Assembly (NCBI GenBank): GCA_028023455.1 | Contig: JAQFVV010000003.1 | Span: 28,830,001 to 28,894,000 of the forward strand | From: Epiperipatus broadwayi | Lineage: Eukaryota; Animalia; Onychophora | Direction: 5' to 3' | Length of the DNA stretch: 64,000 bases | Shown here: positions 1-12,175 of the stretch, one piece after another | Layout of the letters: the number at the start of each line of letters is the position of its first letter | How positions within the stretch are numbered: the first letter of the stretch is position 1 | Notes under the pieces: model-generated | Told to the model about the DNA's origin: nothing | Seen by the model: the letters and a program-made list of their open reading frames with translations, nothing else | The model's database searches: none | Position numbers and translations under genes: made by a program

Positions 1-49
1 TTATTTGTGATCTTTTCTTGAGTTAGGAGTTTTTAAGTGTAAAATAATG

Positions 50-2864
50 TATGCTTAGGCAGCCTTATTTAGGGATCCCCTGCCTACCATGGTACTGGCC
101 TAGAAAATGTTAAAAAATACTTGGTGTGTTGGTCATTAAAATGATAGAAATAATATCAATAGTAATGGTACATGGAATGTGCAAACTTTACTTAATACAA
201 ACTCTTCAAGGCCATAATGGTGGATAAAGAGCTGTCAAAATTTAAGATCGATATAATGGCTCTTAGTAAAACTTGTCTTTTAAGGAAATAAGTTTAATAA
301 AATAAATAGTATTTTGTTAGTATATTTTATTCTTGGAATTCCTCTTATCAATGCAAGGTTAATAGTGTTAAAACTTGCTTTGCATAATAGTACTAATGTT
401 GAATAGTATTACTATCACAATACTACCAAAAAATCACATTTTTCATTTGGGAAATTTTAATTCATGTATTGATACAAATTTAGACTTTGGTCAAAAGTTG
501 TTCGAAATAATGGTATTGATGCTGTAAATTCAAATGCTGTTATTATTGATTTTTTGTACAACATATAGATTGACTAAGCTCAAAATTGTAGCATTTTATA
601 GATTATAGTTAGGAATGGAGAATATGAGTTCATATTACATATGCAAATTGTTGGATAGACATTAAAATAATAATTGCATTAAAAATATATCATTCCAATC
701 ATATTCACAAGAAAGTTGATGTTTAATCTTTAGAACTATCTATTGCACTAAATTTCAACAGTTCAATTGTTAATTTAGACCTTCAGGATTGTCATATTAC
801 TAAAGCATGGCATTCTCTTAAGGAGTTTGTTGTGAATGCAACTAAATCTATTCTTAGATTCACTAAAAAAAAAGACTTGATTGGTTTTCTGATAACATTC
901 TTATTATTAATAATTTGATTACAAGAAAACACGTAGCATTTTCTACTTGGCCAAATAACAAATTAAATGTTGAATTTTATAAGTATAGAGATCTGAAGGC
1001 AAAAGTTCATTGACTGTCAAGAAGGCTTAAAAATGATTGATGGATTAAAACTGCAGATATATTTGCTAATCATAATCATTCTAGATATTTTTTTGATGCT
1101 TGAAAGCAACACATGTACCTGAGAGATGATGACATAATACTATTAAATCTAACCATAGTATCCCCCTATACTGACAAAAATATTCTGAACAGGTGGACGT
1201 AGTATTTTGATTGTTTTGAATAACAATACAAGGATTGAGATGAAGACTTTCAATGACATATCCATTTCACCTATTCATGATTGTTTTGAATAACAATACA
1301 AGGATTGAGATGAAGACTTTCAATGACATATCCATTTCACCTATTCATGTAGATTTGAACAAAGACATCTAGCTTAGTGAAAACTTATTCTTATAAATAG
1401 AAAAGCAGCAAATCCTGAAGAAGTAGCAGAAGTTTTAAAATGCAGTGATATATTAGCTTCAAAAATATTGCAATTTTTAAAGAATTTATAGACCCAGGAA
1501 AATGTGCCTCCTAATCTTAAGGATGCTTGTATTATTACAAATTCTAAAAAGGGAATAAACAAGATTGCAATAATTAATGTGAAACATCACTATAGCAAAG
1601 ATGCTTTCAAGAATTTTGTTGAATTGGTTGTTTCCAGATATAGGTGGATATCAGAGACTCTATGTTTCCAGCCATAGGTGGTTACCAGAAAGTATGTGAT
1701 TTTAAAGAATGAATAAGTACTATATGCATAGTTTTTGTTGATAGGCAAATGCAAGAAAAGTGTCAGAAACAAAAGAATGTGTTTCATATTGATTTAATCA
1801 AGGCAATTGATTCAGGCACTCAAACAGTTTATGGCATTGTTTATCCACCAAAATGTATTCATCATATAGTTTCTTTATGATGGAATGAGAGAAATATTAT
1901 TATTACAGCTAGAAAATCTATGGCATTTGAAATGAAAATTTGTATTAAACAAGGATGCATATTTGGAATTTTTCAAATTTTAACAGTTGACTTTGGAAAT
2001 GTTTATAGATAGCTTAATGAAACAGGGATCAAGATGTGATATAGTTTTGATGATAGAATTTTTCATTTGAAACTATTAAAAGCAAAGCAAGAACTTCATC
2101 ATCTTGAATTCTGAATTTACAGTGTGCTGATGATTATGCTATTTTTTCCAGTTCAAAAGATGATTTACAGAATTTCAATTTAAGAGTTAATGTTCAAAAA
2201 AACTCAAATTGTTTATCAGCCAGTGATGAAAGCAAAATCCATACCAACATTTAGTTTGGATATCAACTTAAGGATGTAAAGCAATTTAAATTTCTTAGTT
2301 TTATAAATAGAAAGATGGTCATAGATATTGAGTTATAACCAAACCTCTGCTCCTTTTAACAAGTTAAAGTGTAGAGGATTTTATCATAGAAAATAACTGC
2401 TGCAATTAAGTTAGTATATATATCTCTGTGTGTAATAATGCTCAAAGCTAAAGGAGTTTATAAGTAACCAGGAGGTCATCTTGGCAGCAGTTTGTGATTG
2501 TTATCTATATTGGGATTGTCTAAGTATTGACTGGTTTCTAATATGTATATATATTTATTATTTTATCTACTTTATTGTATGGAAGTGATATTTGGTCAAT
2601 CTATTGACCCATTACAAACATATTAGAAAAATTGATTTAAGGATGCTCCACAAAATTCTAAAAATACAATGGCAAAATCATAAAACTAATCAATGTTTTT
2701 TAAATTGTTGAATGCGATACTATAGTCTACTATTACAAAATCACATTACATTGATTTAGACATATAAAATGAATGAACAATGCAAGACTATAAAAAGTAA
2801 ACTTTTCAAAGACATTCTAAAGAGGTGCGATGTTGATTGTTTTCATTGGGAAAATATGACAAAG
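50..2864 (+). mobile_element. Degenerate RTE-clade non-LTR retrotransposon (APE endonuclease + RT), near full length
   Basis: Frameshifted motifs on +: GTWNVQTL (~170), DCNN..SL (~1562), LPES.C.F (~1685), RQMQEKC..IDL.KA.DS (~1745-1815), IKQGC (~1945), ADD (~2127). The 3' segment (cattgggaaaatatg, ~2844) is shared with the copy at 31600-33900. Boundaries approximate. Confidence 0.85.
1208..1349. repeat. Perfect 70-bp tandem duplication inside the RTE copy
   Basis: Unit tgattgttttgaataac...ttcacctattca occurs at 1208-1277 and 1278-1347 with no mismatches. Confidence 0.95.
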
Positions 2865-2985
2865 TTTTTTTTTTTTCATATGTCATAGCATCGGCCGGGA
2901 GGCGAACCTACAACCGTCTGCAAACCAACTACTTGCTTGCAAGATGGCTGTGATGACCTCTCGGCTAACAACACTTGACTAAGAA
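2865..2985 (-). mobile_element. tRNA-derived SINE with poly(A) tail
   Basis: Minus strand: A-box-like TTAGCCGAGAGG, B-box-like GGTTCGCCTCC, then A12 tail (plus-strand T12 at 2865-2876). GC/CpG-rich island in an AT-rich background. Confidence 0.6.
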
Positions 2986-3329
2986 AAAGTTTTTTTGCTG
3001 AAAAAATTAAAATATAGCATTGCAAAATGTCAAATAAACAGGAAAATGAACCAACATGTTCTATACTAGTGTTTCTCAACTAACTACAAGCTGCAGACCA
3101 ATAATTTAAAATTTTTTAAATTTATGAACCAAATGAAGTATTGAATAAAAAAAAATGGACAGGTAGGGGTTTTTATAGTAAAATATAATTATTGTAATGT
3201 TTAACAAATTTAATGCATATATATATATTTTCAAATAATCGACAAAACTATACAAAAATAAATTAACTAACAAAATGTGAAGAAAAACAATGAATAATAG
3301 TTAAATAACTGAGCAAAACATAATTATAA

Positions 3330-5004
3330 AACCAAAAACTAATGTGGTTATTGCTGATTTTTCCCAGTAATTAGCTTATCAATTCTTGGAGATAAATTTG
3401 TGACCATTAAGCACAAAGCTAGATTTATTAATAAACAATTTTTCTTTTGATTTTATGAGTCCATTGCCAAAAATGTTGATTTGTATAAGTATATGATTGA
3501 AAATGGCAATAATACTAAGACCTTTTTGATTGATTCCAGATATTCAGTTTTAATTTTAAACCAAAATTGAGTTATACTTTTCAAATTAAATAATAACTTT
3601 TAAGATACATTGCAACAAGTCTTATTAATTTTTCCTGTTCCAAATCAGTTATATTCTTGTTCAATAAACGGATTTAAATTCCACATATTACCTTTCCATT
3701 TGTCTTTTTCATGTGGATAATATTGATCAAATGCACAATAAAGTTTTTTTAAAAGTCCACCAACACAATTTTTCAATTTGTAGATATTTATATTAGATTC
3801 ATTTATCAATTCTGAAAATGAATGAAACATGTCATGGTTTTTAACTTATTCTCGAATGCCTCAATTTTATTCCATAAATCAAAAGTAGTATGCCTTCCTT
3901 GCAGGCTTAAATTTAATTTATTTATTAATGAAAATATGTCTGACAAGCCAATTTAGCAATCCAATTGTTGTCGTGGAAAATATTTTTCAATTCTGTATTT
4001 TTTGTTTCTGGAAATGTTTCAATTTCTTTTCTTATTTCATAAAATCTTATTCATAGTTTCCCTCTTGACAACCATTGTGCTTCTGCATGAAATAGTAAAT
4101 TTTCATGTCCAGATCCCATTCATTGTATAAACTTGAATTGCATTTAATATTTATTTTTATCAATTAAGAACAATGTTCAAGTCAGGAGACAATTTTTAGC
4201 AGCTAAATGCTTGCAGTGCGTAACCCAATGAGTAAAAATCATTTAGTTATTCTGAATGTTTTTCAGTCATACTTGCCTCTCCATTAGTTCATATGCTAAC
4301 ACAATTTTTCCAATTAAGTTGAATTCTTTTGGATGTAATTATTAATTGCTTTAAATATATCTGAACTAGTTGTGTGATTAGGAAGTTCAATACAACAACA
4401 AAATTCTTTTTACATCATTGATTTCATAGTCAACACAACAAATATAATATAAAAGTATAGCTTTATTGGTAAACTCTGTAGATTCATCTATTTGCGAACA
4501 ATGATTTACTAACTTTTTGAATTAATTGATCTTCAACATCAGTCACTAATTCACTAAATCTGCATTGAATAGTATCATTACAAAGTGGCAAAGTTTTCAT
4601 TTTGTTTCCAGCAACCTCAGGTAAAATTTCAGAATGTCTATTAAACATGGTTTAATTAAGTTTTTGGCAATGGAGTACTGCTTTTTGAATATAGAAATTC
4701 TTAAAGCAAATAAACATGATGCTTTTATAAGAGATTGACTAAAATAAATTTGTTTTTTCAATTCAGTATTTTTATGTTCCAAAAAATTCAGTAGCTTATT
4801 TTGTAGATTTGAATGTTTGGTCTGTAGATGACACATTAATTTTAATGAATTCATGCATTCACTGGATAAAATTTCTCTGCAAATAACACATCGAGGTCTG
4901 GGTAAATTTTCTTCCGACTCAGGCCAAGAAATGAAAACAAATTTTAAATAATCAGGATTGAATTGATGAACAGTACATTTTTCATTTTGTCTGATGCGAA
5001 TCAT
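3330..5004 (-). pseudogene. Disrupted hAT (Buster/ZBED5-like) transposase
   Basis: ORF 4597-5004 contains PRPRCVICREILSSECMNSLKLMCHLQTKH, matching the P.CVIC..LS...KL..HL.TKH motif of Buster-family transposases. Downstream frames are broken (e.g. ORF 3645-3830). The 3' boundary is approximate. Confidence 0.8.
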
Positions 5005-6850
5005 TTTGTGAATGTCTAGTATTCAGCCCATCATTCCATCCTGAAAGCAATGGCCATTCTGAGAGACAAAAAACCCAAAATGCAAGATCAATGGCAATTA
5101 CCCAGATGACAATAAAAAAAAAAAAAGCTCCAATAAATTAATGAGTAAAAAACGTTATAGATTTGATCAATAAAAACATGCGCACACCTGAATGTCCATA
5201 CCAGTATGCAGTGTGTAGATATTGCAAGCATATCAGCCAAACAAAAGCTGCTTGTTTTAAAAGAAATCAGCAAATTGCTAATGATAGAATGAAGAGTTCC
5301 ATTCCAAAAAGGCAACTTAAAATAGAATAGATTACATGACTGTATAAACACGATGCGAGAGGCATTGACTCTTCTTTCAAACACAGAATTCTTATTAATG
5401 ATACGGGAACTGGCCACCAGATTTGCAATGTCCATTGTGCAAAAAAGATGTGCGCTACCATTAATAAGAAAATTAAACATCTGCTGCATCCTAGCAGCAA
5501 AACAATCATTGATCACCAAGGCAATAAAACGAGAATCAAAGTTTCAATGCCTAATAAAACTATGTATCTATCTGTGTTTGTCATCAAGTGAATATAGCAA
5601 TTTCTTAGGCTGTAACTGGTTCACTCACTTAGGTTTTGCAGTGACTAAAGTGAAACAGCTCACAACAATAAATCCAAACAGGGCTGACCAGAAGTTAATA
5701 ATCCAGACTTGAACCCCAAAATAAAGAATAAAATTAAAAGTGCAAAATCATATGCCATGCTTAAGGAAATCACCAAGTGGATTCCAGCCATTGCGATCAA
5801 AGTTAAAGGATCACAAATAGTGGTGGTTAAAACAGAAGATGGGCAGCAACATCATAGACACCGAAACTGGCTAATATTAAACTACATGTTACTAGCCATC
5901 AATGAGGAATCATCAGCCAATAAAGAATCATGGCCCAATATTGATGAGTCACCAGCCAACAATAATAAACCTAAAGTTTCAAGATCTACAAATGATGACA
6001 CTGAACCTGCTGATGAAGACACCAATGCATCTACCTGACTACACTCTTCGAGGCTAGCCAGGGGGAAAGAATGTCATATTTCACTTTGCTTTCAAATAAT
6101 GGAATCCAGATTCCATCTTATCTAAATCAGACAGAGCATTAATCATCAATGACCAATGTATATATTGATAGATAACATGTATCCATCCAATGGCAAGAAC
6201 GGGCCAATAGGCAGTGATGCTCATTGAATCAGAATATTTCCATTATGGTTGAGGATGTGGCAATAAATATGGAGATAAGGTCAGAGAACTACTATAGGAG
6301 AGAACAATTGTCACATAGGTGAAAGACAGTATTTATATTCTCTATATATGTTCTCCAAAGAACTACTGTCACAAAGTTGAAAGGCAAAATACATATCTGC
6401 CAGATATCAACTGTCAAGCTAAATGGGTAATGCAATGATGCAAGTCTATGTTTAGGATTGGAAGCTGCTAGAATCTAATGCAGACAAGAGGAGAGTTGTT
6501 AGAATGCAGCCAAAAGTGTCATTATAACTACTCACAAGTCAGACTGGCACAGTACAGCTGGAAGGAGTAAATAAAATTATAAGGACACTTGGAGTCCCTT
6601 GTTTCTCTATAGTTGCATGCCAACTAGAAGCTATCTCACCAACAGTAGCAGGTGTTAGAATAATCACTCGAAATAGTGTAAATATTAAAGTGTATATTTG
6701 TTTCATGTTATATTACTAAATATGTATATTATTAAACGTATTTTATGTGTCTTTGTTTGTAAATAATCCATGTATAAGCACAACAATGAATAAATAATAT
6801 TTTCATTAGCATTCAGAATGCTTAAGTCTGCATTAGTTTTTAATGTTTTC
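5005..6850 (+). mobile_element. Rearranged/deleted Ty3/Gypsy remnant with PPT and LTR
   Basis: SPSFHPESNGHSER (integrase core, ~5025), CRYCKH..TKAAC (zinc-knuckle-like, ~5210), DTG and FLGCNW (protease, ~5400-5620), KWIPAIAIKVKG..VVKTEDGQQHHRHRNWL (pol C-terminus, 5709-6038), PPT GGGGGAAAGAA then TGTCAT at 6072. LTR 3' end not resolved. Confidence 0.7.
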
Positions 6851-7399
6851 TTATTATTCACTTTTAAACGGCTTAAAATCTATCAAATAGTAAATATTAA
6901 GTACTTAATCATCTATTATATAGTAATTCCTATCACTGCATACCAATGCAATTCTGATTGGCTGACTACAGAAAACTACATAGTATATAAGACTGACAAC
7001 TGTTAGTTTATTTTTTTTACATACCAAAGTCCGCCTCAGTGCATGGATTAAATTGTTAATGGAGCAGTGTTTTGTTTCTTAGTTTATTTTCTATGAATAA
7101 AACAACAAACAAATGAAAATGTTTTGAACTGAATTAAGATAAATTTAATAAAATCAGTCATAATTTAAAAGATTATAAAAAAAATATGTAATAAATATGA
7201 ACAAATCTATAAACTTTTTGTGGATCATTAAAGTTTTTCTATGGATCACACTAGTTGAGAAAACGTTCTAAACAATTCATTTTAAGAAGTTTTATTATTT
7301 TCCTTTTTTAAATGGAATGGCCATCCTGGTTTATGAATGGCAGTTGTATGTATTTAATGTATGTTGAATTAAGAAAAAAAAAATCACATATCCACAAAT

Positions 7400-8480
7400 T
7401 AATAAAAAAAATAAGATATTAGAAATTGCGAACCTATCCATCTTTTGTCACTTTTATATAAGATTCTTTATTAAGATAAAATTCATCTACAAAAAACAAT
7501 CTGGATTTAAAGGTGGTTTTAGCAAAATAGATTACCAACCAAGTGTTAAAGAAGACCAATCAATATGAATTGTGCCATTTATAGTTTATAAAAAAGCATT
7601 TGATTGTATACACATTAACATTTGATTCTATACAAATTTACATGTGGTGATTAAAGCTTTCTAACATCAAGAGACAGATTTAGGTAGTCATATTTTGAAG
7701 AATATAGATAAAAATGCAACAACAGTTATTAAGTTACACATCATCACTAATATGAATTTTGATAAGAGTATACAACAGAGTTCCTCCATATTTCCAAAAC
7801 TTTTAATAGAGATTTTTCAGGCAGTATTTTGTGGATTTAAATGGAAAGCTAATATTTTAAAGATTACTCTTGCAGTAATGTTTCAGAGCATCATGATATG
7901 CTTTAAAGGATAGGACTGAAGATCAATTCTAAAAAGATTAATGTTTAATAAAGCATTTCAAAAAAAAATTGAATCATGAATTAAAAGAACTTAACAATTA
8001 TTTAAACACATTACTCATATAATTGGAAATATAATAAAATTATCATGGATGAAGTACTTTTGGTAAAAATTATTATATATATAAAACGCCTATGTATTTA
8101 ATAAGCAAAGTTTTTAAAAAATGTTGTACTTATAGATCTAAAATGTGGACACTTAATAGAAGAGTAATATAACAACTTCAGATCATAAAGAGAGATTTGA
8201 AAGAGAACATATGTGAGAGAAGAAACAAGTATATCTGATATCATTGAATGAATTGTAAGAAATTGAAATGTTGTTCTGGACAATCGATGGACAACTGAAG
8301 TCTTAAACTGGATTTTAAAAGATCGCAAAAAAAAAAAAAAAACTCCTAGAAAAAGATTACATGTAAAATGGATGAGGATATTTGCTGCATGATGAAAGGA
8401 AATATACGTTGGAGAAACTGGATTAAACTCAAAAAAATATTGAACCTACAGTAGAATGATAATGATTGAAAAATAATGAT
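7400..8480 (+). mobile_element. RTE-clade LINE, degenerate RT fragment
   Basis: YKKAFD-like motif (~7590). ORF 7695-7913 (KNATTVIKLH..Q..SIFPKLL) resembles the RTE RT region around the QG..SPKLF motif. Confidence 0.75.
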
Positions 8481-9811
8481 CTATATTCTATATAGTAAAC
8501 CTAAAATAATATGGAGAAATTGAAAAACTTGTTCATGAGATGAATTTAATAGATAGCAGAGGATCAAACACAGAAAAAAATTGTTACATCTTTATGCCCC
8601 GCACAAAAAATTAAAGATAAAAATATGTAATAATCTTTCAATTTTAACAGCAATGTCTGTGTTTTGAATGTCATAACAATTAAATCCAAAATCATTTTCA
8701 TGCTTCATGATAATGCTCCTAAACACAAACAAATCCCAATAAAAAATAAATGGTATATTGTAAATAAGAGTTGCATATGATCACTAAATTGCATTAAAAA
8801 CCCTAATCCTTTCTATTATGCTATTTGAATCAGCTGTATTATTAAGCATAATAGTTTTTGGCTATTGGCTTTTATTAACGAGGAATACCAGATTGAATTT
8901 ACTCATCCAACAGTTACCTTTCTTTTAAACTATACAATCTAATAATTTATCAAACCAAGTTGCATTTATAGCTACACAAATTAACCAGCATTTTATTGTT
9001 CTGTTTATATATTAACTGTAGGCACTTTTGACAAAAGGCTGGTATATATATCAAGGAAAGCTTACATTTATTATCTACCTTAACAACAATAATTAATCTA
9101 CTCTAGAGTCATGAGTGATCAATGAACATAAAATAGGAGTGTTGATCATTCTTTTTCTAAAGTTCCCATAATTAGCACATAATTGAAGTTCTAAATGCAG
9201 TTTCTGTTCTAATGTTAGATCTATACAACTATAAAAGCAAATTTACTTTTGTTCAAAACTATATTTGAAACAGTGAAGTCATAAGCTTTGATAATATAAA
9301 AAAGATACAGATGGTTGTTGCATATATGCAAAATCAATGCTCCTCATTGATAAAGGCCAACAGCCAAAAACTCATCTTGGGATACCATTTGATGTTCATC
9401 AAGTACTCACTTTCATAATATATGGGTCTAGAAATATGATCATTGCTTTTCATCAGTTATTAAATGTAGGATGGGAGATATTGCTATGATATGAGTATAT
9501 AGAAATTGAACACTTTAAACTATATTATCAAAATCATTATTATTATTGCTTTTAATAATAGAAATAAATAATACTAACAGTATTTTATGTACTTTCACAA
9601 TTCAAATATTCACAACTCCATAAATAGCTTATAGTTTTGACTGACATTCTTCTGCATAGCTGTTTTTATTCAGAATTTTATTTATTAAAGATATTTTTGT
9701 AAGAAAAAAAGATACTCAAGCCCCTATTTTGCAGGATTATAAGTAACTTGTCAAGACCTGATAAAATTTAGAAAAAAAAAACCCAGAATGACATCAAAAA
9801 CATAAATGTAA

Positions 9812-9817
9812 TTTATT
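9812..9817 (-). promoter_or_regulatory. Candidate polyadenylation signal of DDX20
   Basis: AATAAA on the minus strand about 64 nt downstream of the stop codon. Weak evidence in so AT-rich a region. Confidence 0.35.
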
Positions 9818-9880
9818 AATATAATATTTACAGAAATAAATCTTAGCTAATAATATTTACAATTTGTGTGATGAACTTTT

Positions 9881-11427
9881 TTAATGTCTTATTTTTGTCA
9901 TGTGATCAATGTACTGCATGTGTTTTTCTAACCAATTACACCAAAACAGCCATGATCTTTTGTTTGGATTAGAATCTGAAGCTGTAAAATAGGGATTAAA
10001 ATAATAATTTGGATTAAAACCAAAAAAATAACTGGGATAAAAATAAGGTACATAATATGGTGGATTAAACCATGGTAATGTATTTGGTAAACCATAATTC
10101 CAGTAGTAATTTTCAGAAGGTTGATATCTTATCCGACTATGCTTGCTGTTGGACGACTCATCTGAATCACTTTCTGAACTTGTTTCATTTAATTCTGTGC
10201 TTGTACTTCTATAATCATTTATATTATCTCCTGACATTATATCTTCAACAAATACCTCATTGGAACTATTACAATTTTTATTCATTTCATCTCCATCAGA
10301 AATATCATCTTCTTCACTATTTGATTCTTCATGTGTATAAGTATTATCCTTTTCATTAGGCATTTCATTTTCATTATGATTACTAGTTTTACTGATTTCA
10401 GTGTGTTTTTTTATTAGATCACTAATACCTTCTCTACCACTTATTTCTTCACTTTTGTTTAGTTTTTCTTTATCAGAATTATTTTCCATTTCCTCACAGA
10501 ATTTAATATTCAAAGCTAGAGATAAATCTTTTATTTTCTTTTGTAAATTTTCAGTAACATAAACATCAGACAGACTATCTGATTCTAATTTCTGAACTTT
10601 AAATGGCCATATTTTCTTAATTGCTGTGATTTTCTTTCTTAAATTTATCTCTGGCTCATCAATCGAATTATCTGAAATATCTGCTTCATTGCAATCTTTT
10701 CTTGCAATTTCTTCTTCACTAACTTCATCCATTTCACTAGTTGATTTATAATCATTATTGACTTTTAAAATCTCTCTCTGTAGAATGCAAATCAAAGAAT
10801 TGATAGAGTCATCTGTCATCAGGTTTCCAAAATGCAGAGGTTTTTGAAGCGAATCTTCTTGAAGCTTTGTTTGTGGAAATTTTTTGTATTTCAATAACTC
10901 CTCTTTCAATTCGAAATAACTTGAATATTTTTTTTTATTAAAATTAGGAAATAAAGTAAATGAATGATTATATTGTGAAGAAAGAATTTGAGATTTGTCA
11001 TTCCTATCTGTTATTTTAATAGATGATTTTTGACTTGAGCTTTTGATTTTTTTTTCTGGTGCACCAGATATAGAGTCAAAAATATTACAATCAGCTATTA
11101 AGGGAGAGTTTTTCTGTATTTCTAAGTTATTTTTTATAATATTTTCTTCACAAACTTCCCTACTTAATACACTGCAATCTAAAGATGGACTTGATTTTAT
11201 CTGATCAGTACAATAACAATTAGTATTTGTGATTGGTTTGTGTTCTTCAATATTTTCACTATCAGATTCTGATGAAAGATGTAAGATTACAGATCTATGC
11301 TTTTTCTTTTTCTTCTTTTTTTGCTTGGAACATTGTTTTTGTGATGACAGCCGCCGAATTGTTATGCTATCTGAAAGAATAACAGGTTGACCCTCACAAC
11401 TAAACACCAAATCAGCAGGAATAGGAT
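9881..11427 (-). CDS. DDX20: DDX20/Gemin3 last coding exon (C-terminal low-complexity region)
   Basis: Acceptor tttttacccccttttag|AT at 11428/11427, phase 1. It gives LP-DPIPADL, matching LPDPIP after the DDX20 helicase core. Open frame to the TAA at 9881; the length fits the phase. The ATG at 11509 in the ORF track is intronic. Confidence 0.92.
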
Positions 11428-12109
11428 CTAAAAGGGGGTAAAAAAAGATAATTAAAAAATATGATATGCTAAAAATTAAACATGTATATATTTTTATTAT
11501 CATTATCAAGAGCTATAAAAAAAAATATAAATTTTAATGGACAATCATGGGGTTGGTGGCAATGGGTGCATGACATTTCCTTGCCACTGGTTAGGCCCTG
11601 CACAATTTAGTGCAGTGATATAAGAGATAGACTATAGTACTAAAAGTCCATGGATCACAAATCAGCTACCACTTTCAGTGCTCAAAGATCATGTGATTCC
11701 CCCAATAATAATTTAATTACTTTGCTACTGATCAGCACCATTGTTTAATGGTATTAAAAGGCTCATGGCATAATGTTTAATGCATCTATCTAGCATGCTC
11801 ATTTATTAGAATTTGATTGTCTATTTTTTCAAGATACAAGCAGACTTAGATTTTATTTTAATAAGAAACCAGCCATTATTTATTGAACATTCATTAAATG
11901 TGTATTTAGCTAGAAGATAAAGTTCCAGTTTAATCCAGGTTAGCTAAATGAATGTTGATGCACTGAATATCAAAATAAAAAACACAGTTGTAATATGATG
12001 CAATATTCACCAATAATAAAGAGTCATCATATTCCTAGAAAGGTTGCTGAATGAATGTTTATCTTTATCAATTGGTTTTTTCTTCTTCTTTATATTTACT
12101 ACACTAATA

Positions 12110-12175
12110 CACACATGATTGACTTAGAGAGCGTCTGACTTGTGATCGGTAAATCCCAGGATCAATTCTGGCACT
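12110..12175 (+). mobile_element. Possible degenerate tRNA-derived SINE head
   Basis: AGAGCGTCTGACTTGTGATCGG..CCCAGGATCAATTC resembles a tRNA anticodon arm plus a degenerate B box. No acceptor stem or tail found. Confidence 0.3.

Larger units (their letters stand above)
3067..7265 (-). mobile_element. hAT DNA transposon, Buster/Charlie (ZBED5/SCAND3-like) type, with nested Gypsy remnant
   Basis: Left TIR TAGTGTTTCTCAACTA (3067) and right TAGTTGAGAAAACG (7252-7265). 8-bp TSD TTCTATAC (3059-3066) / TTCTAAAC (7266-7273) has the central TA typical of Buster elements. Confidence 0.85.

Noticed and set aside
5088-5712. Overlapping ORFs of 143, 80 and 119 aa
   Set aside because: They are off-frame or antisense readings of the decayed Gypsy gag/protease segment.
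11428-11509. ATG-initiated N-terminus (MIMIIKIYTCL...) of the 542-aa ORF
   Set aside because: It is intronic polypyrimidine/AT sequence; homology and phase place the acceptor at 11428.
11540-11605. Short GC-rich patch with TGGCAA/TTGCCA inverted motif
   Set aside because: Too short, with no partner end or TSD; possibly a transposon-end relic.
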